Origin: Chloroflexota bacterium
GTDB taxonomy: Bacteria; Chloroflexota; Dehalococcoidia; Lucifugimonadales; UBA3495
Length of the DNA: 64,000 nt
NCBI GenBank assembly: GCA_027624135.1
Contig: JAQBXL010000001.1
Coordinates: 4,950-68,949 of the forward strand
Reading direction: 5' to 3'
The position numbers were made by a program, and so were the translations under genes. Below the pieces are notes generated by a model, which saw only the letters and a program-made list of their open reading frames with translations, ran no database searches and was not told the origin of the DNA. Below, in pieces: positions 8,583 to 18,507 of this stretch. Position 1 is the first letter of the stretch, and every line of letters starts with the position of its first letter.

Positions 8583-9404
8583 ATGGCCACTATTAGAAAT
8601 ACGCTGTCTGGATTACCCCAGTCCCGATTCATTTTCCCTTATGTAGGGGAGATAGGGCTCCTTGTGGGCAGCTATTTCGCCTATATGCATACCCGCGCCC
8701 TGGTCTTCTCAGATTTCCAAGGGACGGCTCTGGCCAACGCCGCACGGGTCATAGAGTTTGAAAAAAACTGGGGATTCTTCTGGGAACCGGGTTGGCAATC
8801 CTGGGCCATAAACAGCGCAAAGTCGTTGGTGATCTTCTTCAACTGGGCCTATATTGTCACTTTCTGGCCCATCATACTCACCAGCGCAGTGATTCTGTAC
8901 TTCACCAACCGCAACCGGTACAAGTATTACCGGAACGTCGTCCTTCTCAGCTTCGTGATCGCGCTGTTGGGTTTCATGCTCTTCCCTCTGGCCCCGCCAA
9001 GGATGATCGCCGAGCACTTCGTAGACACGATCAAGGCATTCGGGCCTTCGGGATATGCCAGCCGTGAGTTTACCAATTACTACAATGCTTACGCCGCCAT
9101 GCCCAGCCTGCACTTTAGCTGGACGGTGCTGTTCGGCATCATGTTCCTGCGGTCGCATAATAAACTGATCAAGGTCTTTGGTGTCATCTACCCGGCCATG
9201 ACCCTATTCGCAATCACCATCACCGGTAATCACTACATCATGGATGCCGTCGGCGGCGGACTGCTGATTCTAGCCTCGTTCCTGACCATGGAACTGGGGT
9301 TCCGCCGACGTTTCTTCCTGCCGGTCATCCTATCCAAAGCACACAACGCGTTCAGGCGGACAGATACTAAACCGGTCGGCGGGGAGCCATTAACAGCCGA
9401 TTGA
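8583..9404 (+). CDS. PAP2_3-type (IPC/sphingomyelin-synthase-like) integral membrane phosphotransferase/phosphatase, paralog 1
   Basis: Multi-TM protein. [14 protein letters not shown] and ITGNHYIMDAVGG (PAP2 C2/C3-like SxH and HxxxD motifs). Confidence 0.75.
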   Translation: MATIRNTLSGLPQSRFIFPYVGEIGLLVGSYFAYMHTRALVFSDFQGTALANAARVIEFEKNWGFFWEPGWQSWAINSAKSLVIFFNWAYIVTFWPIILTSAVILYFTNRNRYKYYRNVVLLSFVIALLGFMLFPLAPPRMIAEHFVDTIKAFGPSGYASREFTNYYNAYAAMPSLHFSWTVLFGIMFLRSHNKLIKVFGVIYPAMTLFAITITGNHYIMDAVGGGLLILASFLTMELGFRRRFFLPVILSKAHNAFRRTDTKPVGGEPLTAD

Positions 9405-9492
9405 CCGGGTCTGGGAGTGAGGTTGCCGAGCGCTGGACTGTTGCGCCCACCTGTGAACCGTTTCTGACCCACCAAACCGACCTGTTGCCGCG

Positions 9493-10236
9493 GTGATTAC
9501 CGCAGTCCGAAACAGGCGCGCCGCGATCAGCGAAATAGCCCTCTACATCGGCGCGTATCTTGTCTATCTGATCACCAATGGCCTGGTCTATTCTGACACT
9601 CTGTCCAAGGGACTATCCAACGGCGACAAGATTGTCTCCCTGCAAGAAAGAATCGGTTTTCTCTGGGAGCCAGGCTGGCAGTCCTGGGCTGTGGAGAACG
9701 TCAAAGCCCTGGTAATCATGATGAACTGGGTGTACATCGTCACCTACTGGCCGGTGATCATGGTGGTTGCGGCCATCTTGTTCATCAAGGATCGGCCTAG
9801 ATACAATTTCTACCGCACGGTTCTATTTATCGATCTGGCCGGAGCGCTGCTGACCTTCATGCTCTTCCCGGTAGCCTCACCATTCGCCATTCCAAGCGTC
9901 GATCTTCTGAACACCATTCAGGAATTCGGACCCAAGTTCTACGGCAGTGAGGACATGGCCGCTCTCTACAACATCTCCGCTGCAATGCCAAGTTTGCATT
10001 TCAGTTGGACCGTGATCTTGGGAGTGCTGTTCTGGAACACATTCAGGGGCTGGATACGGGCGCTAGGCCTGCTTTACCCGGTCCTCACCTTCTTCGCCAT
10101 CGTGCTTACCGGTAACCATTTCATTGTGGACGCTTTAGCCGGTGGAGCCTTGGCGGCCTTGGCTTTTGGCCTCGCGTGGTTGATCTGGATAAAGTTGAAG
10201 CTGACTGGTGAAAGACTCGCGCCGCAGGTTATTTGA
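9493..10236 (+). CDS. PAP2_3-type integral membrane protein, paralog 2
   Basis: Colinear with 8583-9404 (WEPGWQSWA, NWxYIVTxWP, [26 protein letters not shown]). GTG start. Confidence 0.75.
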   Translation: MITAVRNRRAAISEIALYIGAYLVYLITNGLVYSDTLSKGLSNGDKIVSLQERIGFLWEPGWQSWAVENVKALVIMMNWVYIVTYWPVIMVVAAILFIKDRPRYNFYRTVLFIDLAGALLTFMLFPVASPFAIPSVDLLNTIQEFGPKFYGSEDMAALYNISAAMPSLHFSWTVILGVLFWNTFRGWIRALGLLYPVLTFFAIVLTGNHFIVDALAGGALAALAFGLAWLIWIKLKLTGERLAPQVI

Positions 10237-11242
10237 ACCCAATTACCATCGAATCCGGTCCTACTAGGTGTTCAACGTAGGTATCTTTGAATCCAATGTC
10301 GGTCATCCAGCCCTGGCAGTCCGCTCCGGTGTAGTCGAACCCGCCCCTTGTCTCGATCAACATGTTGAGGCTCATTAGCAGGCCGAACGCGTTTTTGGAG
10401 CGGTCATCGTCGATAAGTGTTTCATAAATTATTACCGCTCCCCCTGGGTTCAAGGCTTCGTAGGCCTTCTGCAACAACATCCGCTTGGTGTCCAGGTCCC
10501 AGTCGTGGAGGATGTGGCCCATTGTGATGACGTCGGTCTGGGGCATCGGGTCGTCAAAGAAACTTCCGGGCGCAAAAGACAACCGATCCGTGAGACCCAT
10601 TTCCGTGACGTATGATTCAAAGATTTCTCTGGCCACTGGCAGGTCGTATCCAGAACCGGTTAGGTGTCCGTTGGCCAAGGCGATCTGAACCGCCAATCCC
10701 CCCTGAGCTGTTCCCACATCAACGAACGACTTATATCTGTCCCAAGGGAATTTGTTCGCGATTGTGATATTCGCCCCCATGCTGAGACTAGTCATGCTGT
10801 GTAAAAACACTTTTAGGGTCTCGGGGTTGCCGTAGATCGCATCGAACAGGTCGCCGCCAGTCTTTGCTTCATTCTGCGGCTCCCCGGTCTTTAACCCTTC
10901 TGTGAGATTGCCCCAGAACGGATAGAGACGGGAATTTGCCATCTCGAGCCATCCGCCAACGTAAGAAGTTTTATTTTTGTCGAGAAAGGCCTCTGTGTCC
11001 CTGGTGTTCCCATACTTGCCATCTTCACGATCAAGCATGCCCAAGGCCACCAAGGCGTCCAGGAAATCTCTAGCGCTCCTCCGGTGAAGGTCCAGGGTTC
11101 TGGACAGGGATTCCTCAGTTTGGGGGCCATTGGCCGCTAATTCGGTAAATAACCCCAATTCAGTGGCGGCTAGGAGGGTCTTGGCACCCCAAAAGGCAAA
11201 GCCAAGTTCCATGATTGGGCCGGGCGTCGGGTGGTCTGACAT
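10229..11242 (-). CDS. class I SAM-dependent O-methyltransferase (family 2, dimerisation domain plus MTase)
   Basis: N-terminal winged-helix dimerisation region ([14 protein letters not shown]), SAM motif VDVGTAQGG, and HILHDW. Confidence 0.85.
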   Translation of the reverse strand: MSDHPTPGPIMELGFAFWGAKTLLAATELGLFTELAANGPQTEESLSRTLDLHRRSARDFLDALVALGMLDREDGKYGNTRDTEAFLDKNKTSYVGGWLEMANSRLYPFWGNLTEGLKTGEPQNEAKTGGDLFDAIYGNPETLKVFLHSMTSLSMGANITIANKFPWDRYKSFVDVGTAQGGLAVQIALANGHLTGSGYDLPVAREIFESYVTEMGLTDRLSFAPGSFFDDPMPQTDVITMGHILHDWDLDTKRMLLQKAYEALNPGGAVIIYETLIDDDRSKNAFGLLMSLNMLIETRGGFDYTGADCQGWMTDIGFKDTYVEHLVGPDSMVIGFK

Positions 11243-11252
11243 AAGATTTACC

Positions 11253-12602
11253 TCACTTCTCGTTGGTGTTGCTACGATCTTTTCCCCACTCGGGGTGCCG
11301 GAAGGTTGGCAGGTTGAACCGGTCGATGGGCCGCTCTGCGGCTATTAGTGGCTCAGAATCAGGTTCTTCGGCAACGGGTGGCCGGTACGCGCGTCCCAGC
11401 GTGCGGTTGGGGCTGAACGAACTCAGATTCTGGGCCAGCGATTCCAGGCTGTTCAGATTGTGCACCGGCAGAAAGTCGTCAACATAAGGCAGCGCCGCCT
11501 TCATCCCCTGGGTTAGAGGCTGGTAGGTGGGGGAGCCAAGCAGGGGGTTCAGCCAGATGAGCCGGTGGCAGCTGCGCTGCAACCTGGAAGTCTCCTGAGC
11601 CAACAATTCAGGGTCGCCCCGGTCCCAGCCGTCGGAGATTATCAAGACCACGGTCTGGCCCTTCAGCACCCGCCGCAGCCATTGGTAGTTGAAGGTCTTT
11701 ATCGCCTCGCCTATGCGCGTGCCGCCAGCCCAATCGGGCACCGATCTTGAGACTTCATCGATCGATTGGTCGATGCTGCGGTATCTCAGGTTCCGGGTGA
11801 TGCGGGTTAGACGGGTGGCAAACAGGAAGGCCTCCAGTTGTTGGTTGCCGCCCGCGCCTGCGATTGTGTGGATGAACTGTAGGAGCATCCGGGTGTAGCG
11901 CTCCATGGAACCACTCACGTCGCAGATGAGCACCAGTGAGCGAGGCTTGTCCTTGGGAGACCGGAAGGACAGATCTATAAATTCGCCGCCGTGTTTCAGG
12001 CTCCGCCGCATGGTTCGGCGCAGGTCAAGTTGCCCAGACTGGCCCGGAGCCAACCGCCGGGTGCGGCGCCGACCTAGGTCCCATTCCAAGTTGGCCATCA
12101 TCAGCCGTGCTTCGGCCATCTCCAGGGAAGTGAACTCGGAGAAATCTTTTTGGCGGAACACTTCCACTGCGCTGTAGGTGCGGCTCAGGTCTACGTTCTG
12201 GACCGATTCATCGTTCGGGTCGCCTTCGATTGATCCGGCGCCCTCGGGTTCATCATCCCGGCCGGTCCCTATCTGGGGCTTGCGAAATCGTCGTTGCTCT
12301 CCCATGGAACGCAGGTCCATGGTGGTGGTGCGGTCGGAAGGTTTGCGCCAGAACACTTGGAATGCTTCATCGAAGATGGGCAGGTCCTGTTTGCGGTGGA
12401 CCAATATGCTGCGGGCGGCCTGGAAGAATTCCCCGCGCCGTCCGATGGACACGTGTTCGGTGGCACGAACCAGATCCAGCATATTGCCCGATCCAACTTC
12501 CAGCCCCACGCGGCGTAGCATCTCGCCGAAGAGCGTCAGGCTATGGAGTATATGGCCATCTGGGCCGGCATCGTTGGGAATGATCGGAATCGGGCCTGGC
12601 AT
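11253..12602 (-). CDS. VWA domain protein, CoxE-like
   Basis: MIDAS DxSxS in [10 protein letters not shown], and the CoxE-type C-terminal half (LIWLNPLLG). Confidence 0.8.
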   Translation of the reverse strand: MPGPIPIIPNDAGPDGHILHSLTLFGEMLRRVGLEVGSGNMLDLVRATEHVSIGRRGEFFQAARSILVHRKQDLPIFDEAFQVFWRKPSDRTTTMDLRSMGEQRRFRKPQIGTGRDDEPEGAGSIEGDPNDESVQNVDLSRTYSAVEVFRQKDFSEFTSLEMAEARLMMANLEWDLGRRRTRRLAPGQSGQLDLRRTMRRSLKHGGEFIDLSFRSPKDKPRSLVLICDVSGSMERYTRMLLQFIHTIAGAGGNQQLEAFLFATRLTRITRNLRYRSIDQSIDEVSRSVPDWAGGTRIGEAIKTFNYQWLRRVLKGQTVVLIISDGWDRGDPELLAQETSRLQRSCHRLIWLNPLLGSPTYQPLTQGMKAALPYVDDFLPVHNLNSLESLAQNLSSFSPNRTLGRAYRPPVAEEPDSEPLIAAERPIDRFNLPTFRHPEWGKDRSNTNEK

Positions 12603-12604
12603 CT

Positions 12605-13558
12605 CTATCCGCGGCGGCGGCCTCCCCGGCGGGGTCCTCGGTTCTTGGAGCGCTCCAACATGGCCCGGACTGGCTCACCCTTCACGGACTCGATATCGTC
12701 CTGGTACTTGAGCATCAGGCCCAATGTATCATCGATCACCGAGGGGTCCAGTTCTGTTTGGTTCAACACCAAGAGAGCGGACAACCAGTCGAGGGTTTCC
12801 GAGATGCCGGGAATCTTGAATAGCTCGGTCTCCCGCATCTCCTGGATGAACGCGGTTACTTGCTCGGCCAGCTTCCTTGGGGCGTCCGGTATCCTTGCGG
12901 AGATTATCTGGAGCTCTTTCTGGTAGTCGGGGTAATCGACCCAGTGGTAGAGGCAGCGGCGCTTCAGTGCGTCATGTATCTCCCTAGTACGGTTGGAGGT
13001 GATGATGACGATGGGCGGGTGGACTGCCTTAAAAGTGCCCAACTCCGGGATGGTTATCTGGTAGTCACTAAGAAGCTCCAGTAGGAACCCCTCGAATTCC
13101 TCATCGGCACGGTCAAGCTCGTCGATCAGGAGCACCGGCGGTCGCTCCTGAGCTTCATCGATGGCCTGAAGGAGCGGCCGCTTGATCAGGAAATTCTCGC
13201 TGAAAAGGTCGGCGCTGGCAGAATCCCGGTCAACGTCGCCTGCCGCCTCCATGAGACGGATCTCCAGCACCTGACGGGCGTGGTTCCACTCGTAGACCGC
13301 CTGATTGACGTCCAAGCCCTCGTAACACTGCAAACGAATCAACTTGGTGCCCAGCCCAGCGGCTAAGGCACGGGCAATCTCAGTCTTGCCAACCCCGGCC
13401 TCCCCTTCCAGAAACAAGGGGCGTTGCAGTTTCATCGCCAGGAATATCGGAACAGCTAACGCCCGGTCGGTGATGTAGACCTGGTCGCGCAGCAGGTTCT
13501 GGACGTCTTCTATGGACTCTGGGGCTTTGTACTCAGCAGTGGTCAATATGGTCATCAT
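12605..13558 (-). CDS. MoxR/CoxD-like AAA+ ATPase
   Basis: Walker A GEAGVGKT, Walker B LLIDELDRA, ITSNRT. Its stop lies 2 nt from the VWA start. Confidence 0.9.
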   Translation of the reverse strand: MMTILTTAEYKAPESIEDVQNLLRDQVYITDRALAVPIFLAMKLQRPLFLEGEAGVGKTEIARALAAGLGTKLIRLQCYEGLDVNQAVYEWNHARQVLEIRLMEAAGDVDRDSASADLFSENFLIKRPLLQAIDEAQERPPVLLIDELDRADEEFEGFLLELLSDYQITIPELGTFKAVHPPIVIITSNRTREIHDALKRRCLYHWVDYPDYQKELQIISARIPDAPRKLAEQVTAFIQEMRETELFKIPGISETLDWLSALLVLNQTELDPSVIDDTLGLMLKYQDDIESVKGEPVRAMLERSKNRGPRRGGRRRG

Positions 13559-13660
13559 CCCGAGAGAATAGCGGCCTAGTCAGACACGGAAATCATTGTA
13601 TCCCAAAGCCGATTGGCGCACCACCGGGCTGTTCCTGTGCCGGGTTTACCTGTGCCGGGT

Positions 13661-14299
13661 TTAATCAAGAGGGGGAACGAATATGGACTGAAAGAACCGA
13701 CGCACCAAATGGCCCAGCCGAGTCCAATGGTCGTTGAGCGCTGCCAACTCTTCTGGGGTCAGTTGATTGTACATCTTGCCGTAGATGGGAAAGGCCCAAA
13801 CTGTGAATACCCAGAATTCAGGGACCGGTTCTGACCCCTTTATGCTAGCTATCTCGCCGTTAGCTCCCACAAGCTCCCAAGAAGCCAATATTCGGCCTTT
13901 ATAGGCGATTGCCACCGCCTCGGCCCAGGAAGCGTTTCTATCTGCTCCGGTGAACGGCGCCATCAATTCCAGCAGCCGGTCCACGCGCTGCGAGTCGTCA
14001 ATCTCCGGCCCGGCAAACCGGCGGGTATGGCGGCTTTCCCAGGCAGGACCCAACGCTGGAATCACGAGGCCGCCGTCCGAGGCGATGGCCAGCATTGAAC
14101 CGGCCTTGGACCACTCGATGGCTTTCTCCTGGGCGATAGCCTCATGAGTCTCGCCATCTTCATCGGTAGATGCATCAACGCCAAGTTCGGCAGGGGTAAC
14201 GGGGCTTAAGGGAAGACCTTGCAGCAGTGACCGGAACGCGTGCTGCTTGTCTACGTTTCCGGTTGCCAGCAGGATCGGCATGTCCTCGGGCATAGCCAT
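13661..14299 (-). CDS. divergent Ham1/RdgB-like (non-canonical NTP pyrophosphatase fold) protein
   Basis: N-terminal ILLATGNVDKQHAF resembles the ATGNxGKxxE motif. The remainder is poorly conserved. Confidence 0.5.
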   Translation of the reverse strand: MAMPEDMPILLATGNVDKQHAFRSLLQGLPLSPVTPAELGVDASTDEDGETHEAIAQEKAIEWSKAGSMLAIASDGGLVIPALGPAWESRHTRRFAGPEIDDSQRVDRLLELMAPFTGADRNASWAEAVAIAYKGRILASWELVGANGEIASIKGSEPVPEFWVFTVWAFPIYGKMYNQLTPEELAALNDHWTRLGHLVRRFFQSIFVPPLD

Positions 14300-14311
14300 T
14301 GTCGAAGCGGG

Positions 14312-14986
14312 CTAAAGGATCCGGGCAACGGCCCTGGTCGCTGCGCCGTCTCCGCCCTTGAGCTTCAGCGGCAGAGCCCAAAGCTCAAACTCCTTGCCCA
14401 CCAACTGGTCCAGGTTGATCAAGTTCTCGATGAGGGGGATGTTCTGTCCAAGCAGTAGCCGGTGCACGGGGAAGTCCTTGATGGTGGACAGGGGAGTATC
14501 GGGATGTTTGTCGATTGGAAAGTCCACAGCCACTGCGTTGGCCCCGCAGTCGGCCAGAAACCCGGCGCCTTCGGTGCTGAGGTAAGGGCCGTGGCCATAG
14601 AAGCGCGGTCCACCGGACTCGGCCTCAGCCCAGCCAGTGAACAGAACCACTATCTTGCCCTTGACCGACTCAGGACTGGCCCCGGCATCTTCGAGTTCCG
14701 ACATAGTTAACGGTTCTTGGCCTTTTGCCACAGAACGGAGGTCCAGCAGCAACGCAGGCCCTGCGTACTTTTCCAGAGGCATATTCTCGATGGTGGCCGC
14801 GCCGTCCACAAAGTGGTAGGGAGCGTCCACATGGGTGCCAATATGGGTGGGCAAACACAATTTCTGGTTGGAGCGTGCATGCGTGGCGTGAGTCTGAATA
14901 GCCGATGTGTCCACGCCCACCAATCCAGGCACAAGACTGATCCGGTCACTACCCAAAGTAAGGGTCAGGTCGATGAGTTCAGACAT
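14312..14986 (-). CDS. cyclase-family protein (kynurenine formamidase-like)
   Basis: HIGTHVDAPYHF metal motif. ATG 14986 is preferred over the track start at 15028. Confidence 0.8.
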   Translation of the reverse strand: MSELIDLTLTLGSDRISLVPGLVGVDTSAIQTHATHARSNQKLCLPTHIGTHVDAPYHFVDGAATIENMPLEKYAGPALLLDLRSVAKGQEPLTMSELEDAGASPESVKGKIVVLFTGWAEAESGGPRFYGHGPYLSTEGAGFLADCGANAVAVDFPIDKHPDTPLSTIKDFPVHRLLLGQNIPLIENLINLDQLVGKEFELWALPLKLKGGDGAATRAVARIL

Positions 14987-15033
14987 TACGTCACCCTTTG
15001 GATAATATGGAGCGCACGGAAAAGCCACCCTGG

Positions 15034-16419
15034 CTAGTCGCCGGCTGCTTGTTCCAGCAGGGCAGCCCTGACCGCCTGATTCGCCAACCGAGGCGTCGTT
15101 CGGGCTTCAGCAGGCAGAGCGCTCTCCCAGTCGGGGATCAGGACACGGGCGCCGGACTCCATGCTATAGATCACCAATACACCGGCAAAGCTGAAGAACA
15201 TGGACATGACCAGGGCCGGATTGAACGAGCCGGTGGCGTAGATCGCCAGCCCGCCCAATACTGTGGCAGTGGCATGCCCTGAGAGAGCACCCATCATCTC
15301 AAATCCGTAGAGAGTCGCGAGGGGCCCAGCGCCGAAGTACTGACGGTTGACCACCAGGTAGGCTGACATCTCGCCCCCGAATCCCAAACCGAACAGAGCA
15401 GCGAACAGGTAGAAGGCCCAGGCGTCTTGCGCCCAGAACAATACAAGAACCGTTATCCCCTGCACAAATAATGCCGTCATCATGATGGGCTTAGCGCCCA
15501 TTCGTTCGGCTAAGATCGGCGCCATGAATCGGCCGAGAATGCTGAAGACCGAGATCAGCGCCAGGATGAACGAGGCTGCGCCCAGGCTGACCCCCTGTTC
15601 GATGGCTAATGGGATGGAATAGATCAAAACTATGCCGTGTCCGGCGCATCCCAGCCCATGAATGGTCGGCAGGTTCCAAAAAGCCCTGGTCCGGCGCATG
15701 GCCTTGTTGAAGACTTTGAGTCGCAGCCGTTCGATCTCTTTGCTCCGAATCACCTCTGGCGGGTCATCCGTTCGCGCACCGAACGCTGTAGCCCCGGCAT
15801 CAGCTGGTTTGGACCGGTAAAAGAGCGTCAAAAAGACCAGGGTTCCGCCGCCGGCCAGACCGATGATCGTGAAGGTGGACTGCCAACCCACCGCTTCTAA
15901 AAGACCGGCAATGGAAGGCGCAACCGCCGCCGCTCCGATCCCGCCCGACGCCCATAGTAACCCTGTGGCCAGGCCCAACCGCTGCTTAAACCAACCATTG
16001 ACCGAAGCCAACAGGGGCACCATCGCCAGAGATTGGGTTATGGACAGCAGCACGCCGAAGTAGAGGAAGAACTGCCACAGATGGGTAACGGTACCAATCA
16101 GGATCATGGCGGCCGCGTATAGTACTCCGCAAGCCAACATCAAGGGGCGGGCGCCGTAGCGATCGCCAAGCATTCCGGTGATCGGGGCTACCAATGCTCC
16201 GCAAAGGTAGTAGGTGGCTAACGCCGCGCCGATGAGGCCCATGTTCCAGCCGAAACCACCGTCAGGGTCGTTTAGCGGCGCGACCATAATTCCGGCCGCC
16301 ATGCTGATCGATTGGCCTACTATCTGGGCAATGGCGAGAATCGCTAAAATGACCCACGCTCTATGAAATCCTTTTGGCGCGCGAATGGTACCCGGGGTCT
16401 CATTTGTGGTGGAAGCCAT
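15034..16419 (-). CDS. MFS transporter
   Basis: 461 aa, about 12 hydrophobic segments, GMLGDRYGARP loop motif. Confidence 0.85.
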   Translation of the reverse strand: MASTTNETPGTIRAPKGFHRAWVILAILAIAQIVGQSISMAAGIMVAPLNDPDGGFGWNMGLIGAALATYYLCGALVAPITGMLGDRYGARPLMLACGVLYAAAMILIGTVTHLWQFFLYFGVLLSITQSLAMVPLLASVNGWFKQRLGLATGLLWASGGIGAAAVAPSIAGLLEAVGWQSTFTIIGLAGGGTLVFLTLFYRSKPADAGATAFGARTDDPPEVIRSKEIERLRLKVFNKAMRRTRAFWNLPTIHGLGCAGHGIVLIYSIPLAIEQGVSLGAASFILALISVFSILGRFMAPILAERMGAKPIMMTALFVQGITVLVLFWAQDAWAFYLFAALFGLGFGGEMSAYLVVNRQYFGAGPLATLYGFEMMGALSGHATATVLGGLAIYATGSFNPALVMSMFFSFAGVLVIYSMESGARVLIPDWESALPAEARTTPRLANQAVRAALLEQAAGD

Positions 16420-16544
16420 CTATCTACCTTATCGAGTAAAACCCGCGTCCGAGACGGACTCGGGATCTCAAGAGAAATCGGACAAATCATTCGTCCGATC
16501 CTCATTCATACTATAATTGTCTTTTAGAAGTTCCGAATCTCCCG

Positions 16545-16838
16545 CTAATGCAATGGGCAGGCGCTCAAGAACGCCTGGCCCCACCAAGTGTCGCTAGCCA
16601 AGCTCTGCTCGTCCAGGCGGGCGATTTGAAATGACTCTCCATTACCAGTTTGTTGGTTGTTCTGGAGGTTGCTGCCACTGATGCTCGGCGTAGTGCCGGG
16701 CAGACCAAATGCCAATGTGCGCTGATTACCGACATCGGCCGACACAGCCCAAGCCCCAAAGAATATTATCAAGGCAAAGACCACGACAAGCACGCCAACG
16801 AACATCAGCGGCACTGGCAAACGTCTTGAAGCGATCAA
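16545..16838 (-). CDS. small single-pass membrane protein, unknown function
   Basis: N-terminal TM helix (LMFVGVLVVVFALIIFFGAWAV) and a Q/N/G/S-rich tail. Co-directional with and 47 nt downstream of the SUOX-like gene. Confidence 0.4.
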   Translation of the reverse strand: MIASRRLPVPLMFVGVLVVVFALIIFFGAWAVSADVGNQRTLAFGLPGTTPSISGSNLQNNQQTGNGESFQIARLDEQSLASDTWWGQAFLSACPLH

Positions 16839-16885
16839 TCTTGCACCCTTAGTTGCTTTAGTTGCTTTCCCAGATGCATCTGGGT

Positions 16886-17995
16886 TTAGGCCTGGACCTC
16901 AACGTCGAATGGGAAGACCATGTTATTGCCGTAGCCCCGGCCGTCCCAGGGGTTGGGAAACTCCATCGGCTGGGTAGTTCCATCTGAGTTGGTGGCGCGG
17001 CTCATGATGGTGTATTTCCCTTCTGCGGGCGGGTTCCAGTGGTGCTCCCACCGGTTCCAGGAGTAACCGATGCGCGGATGCAGTGTGTCCACCGGACTCC
17101 AGGTCTTTCCGCCGTCGGTGCTGATTTCGACTTTCTCGATATTCTGTTCACCGGACCAAGCCGCTCCGGCCAGTGTGTACCCGCTGGCGGGGATGAACTC
17201 ACCGGGGACCGGGTTTGTGATGATGGATTTGACCTGCAATTTATCGTAATAACGGTACGGCGTCGGGTTTCCGGGCTCGTTCATGGTCATGTACCGATCG
17301 GTCATGTAGAACCCTTCGAACTTGTGATCCAGCAAGTGGATGCCCACCAGCCATTTGACCGAGTTCATGCCATACCAGCCCGAGACCAAAAGACGCAGGG
17401 GATAACCGTGGTCCTTAGGCAGAGGCTCGCCGTTCATCTCATAGGCCAAGATCGTGTCTTCGTGGAGCGCCTTGGCCATGGGCAAGCTGCGCTCGTAAGT
17501 AACTTCGGCCGGGTCGCCCACGACTTCATCCGGACCGTGGTCGGCGCCCTCAAACATCACTTCGACCGCCGAGTCCTTGACTCCAGCAAGTTCCAAAACG
17601 TCCTTCAGCGAGACTCCGGCCCACTCGGCGTTGCCCATGATGCCGTGGCCCTTGATCTGCTCCATGACCGAACTGATGCGGAGGGCCTTGGTGTAATACT
17701 CGGGCACTGGGCTGTTGCCGCAGCACTCAAATGTTACCTGGAAACGCTTCTGAGGCAATTTCTTCAGGTCTTCGAACGACAGAGAGATGGTCCGCTCCAC
17801 TTCGCCATCAATCTTCAATTCGAAGGTGTTGATATCGATCTGGGGGCTGTCCTTCCAGTGATTCCGGATGTAGAACAGGTCGTTGGGAACGATGTTATCT
17901 TGCAATCCCTGCGGGGGCACAGCCCAGGTACGAAGACCCGCGTTCGTGGGTATGATCTGTGGTTCCGCTTTGGTGCCGATCTGTGGCAGGGCCAT
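16886..17995 (-). CDS. sulfite-oxidase-fold molybdopterin oxidoreductase (SUOX family), no signal peptide
   Basis: Moco-binding Cys context FQVTFECCGNS, HGYPLRLLVSGWYGMNSVKW, and a dimerisation Ig-like C-terminus. Confidence 0.85.
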   Translation of the reverse strand: MALPQIGTKAEPQIIPTNAGLRTWAVPPQGLQDNIVPNDLFYIRNHWKDSPQIDINTFELKIDGEVERTISLSFEDLKKLPQKRFQVTFECCGNSPVPEYYTKALRISSVMEQIKGHGIMGNAEWAGVSLKDVLELAGVKDSAVEVMFEGADHGPDEVVGDPAEVTYERSLPMAKALHEDTILAYEMNGEPLPKDHGYPLRLLVSGWYGMNSVKWLVGIHLLDHKFEGFYMTDRYMTMNEPGNPTPYRYYDKLQVKSIITNPVPGEFIPASGYTLAGAAWSGEQNIEKVEISTDGGKTWSPVDTLHPRIGYSWNRWEHHWNPPAEGKYTIMSRATNSDGTTQPMEFPNPWDGRGYGNNMVFPFDVEVQA

Positions 17996-18058
17996 TCTGA
18001 ATCCTCCTCAAGACGTTCCGGCGATTTGCCGGGTAATTTTTCAACGAATCTTTTTCGA

Positions 18059-18409
18059 CTATTCCAGGTGGTCAGTCTCTAGGTCCGCCGACGGATATGT
18101 GATTAGCAGCAGCGCCGGGGTCCAGAGATGATGTATCAACTTGTGGGGCACGCCCGGCGGGGCGATCAAAGTGGTGCCCGGCCGGACTGTCCGAACTTCG
18201 TCACCCAATATGACCTGGATGGCACCGGACAGAACCTGGATGGAAACGTCAACCGGATGGGTGTGCATGCGCCCTTCCCAGCCTGGTGAAATCTCCACTT
18301 CCTTCACGGTCAATGATACCGCACCTTGGTCTTTAGATACCAGATAGCGCTCGCGCACCCGCTCCATGACCGGCGCCAAGCGGACGTCTGAATGATCGAT
18401 TATCGGCAT
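18059..18409 (-). CDS. cupin domain protein
   Basis: 116 aa, GWEGRMHTHP...PPGVPH cupin motifs. Confidence 0.7.
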   Translation of the reverse strand: MPIIDHSDVRLAPVMERVRERYLVSKDQGAVSLTVKEVEISPGWEGRMHTHPVDVSIQVLSGAIQVILGDEVRTVRPGTTLIAPPGVPHKLIHHLWTPALLLITYPSADLETDHLE

Positions 18410-18507
18410 TGGTTATCTCCTGGTTTCATATGACAGGATTCCGCGAACTGAGTTGATCTGGCTACTCAACAGTTACCGGGTACCCTTTGATTCAATATGA
18501 CACTCGG

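Noticed and set aside
13633-13662. Exact 15-bp tandem duplication CCTGTGCCGGGTTTA x2 at the Ham1-like gene stop; similar micro-duplications GATCGCACATC x2 at 41454-41475 and GGCTAGCTTCGG x2 at 52185-52208
   Set aside because: These are real in the sequence but are most simply explained as replication-slippage duplications in intergenic DNA. I can infer no function.
17039-18082. 347-aa plus-strand ORF
   Set aside because: It is entirely antisense to the SUOX-like gene (16886-17995), which has clear family motifs. It is a typical GC-rich shadow ORF, rich in V/G/R/D/L/H.
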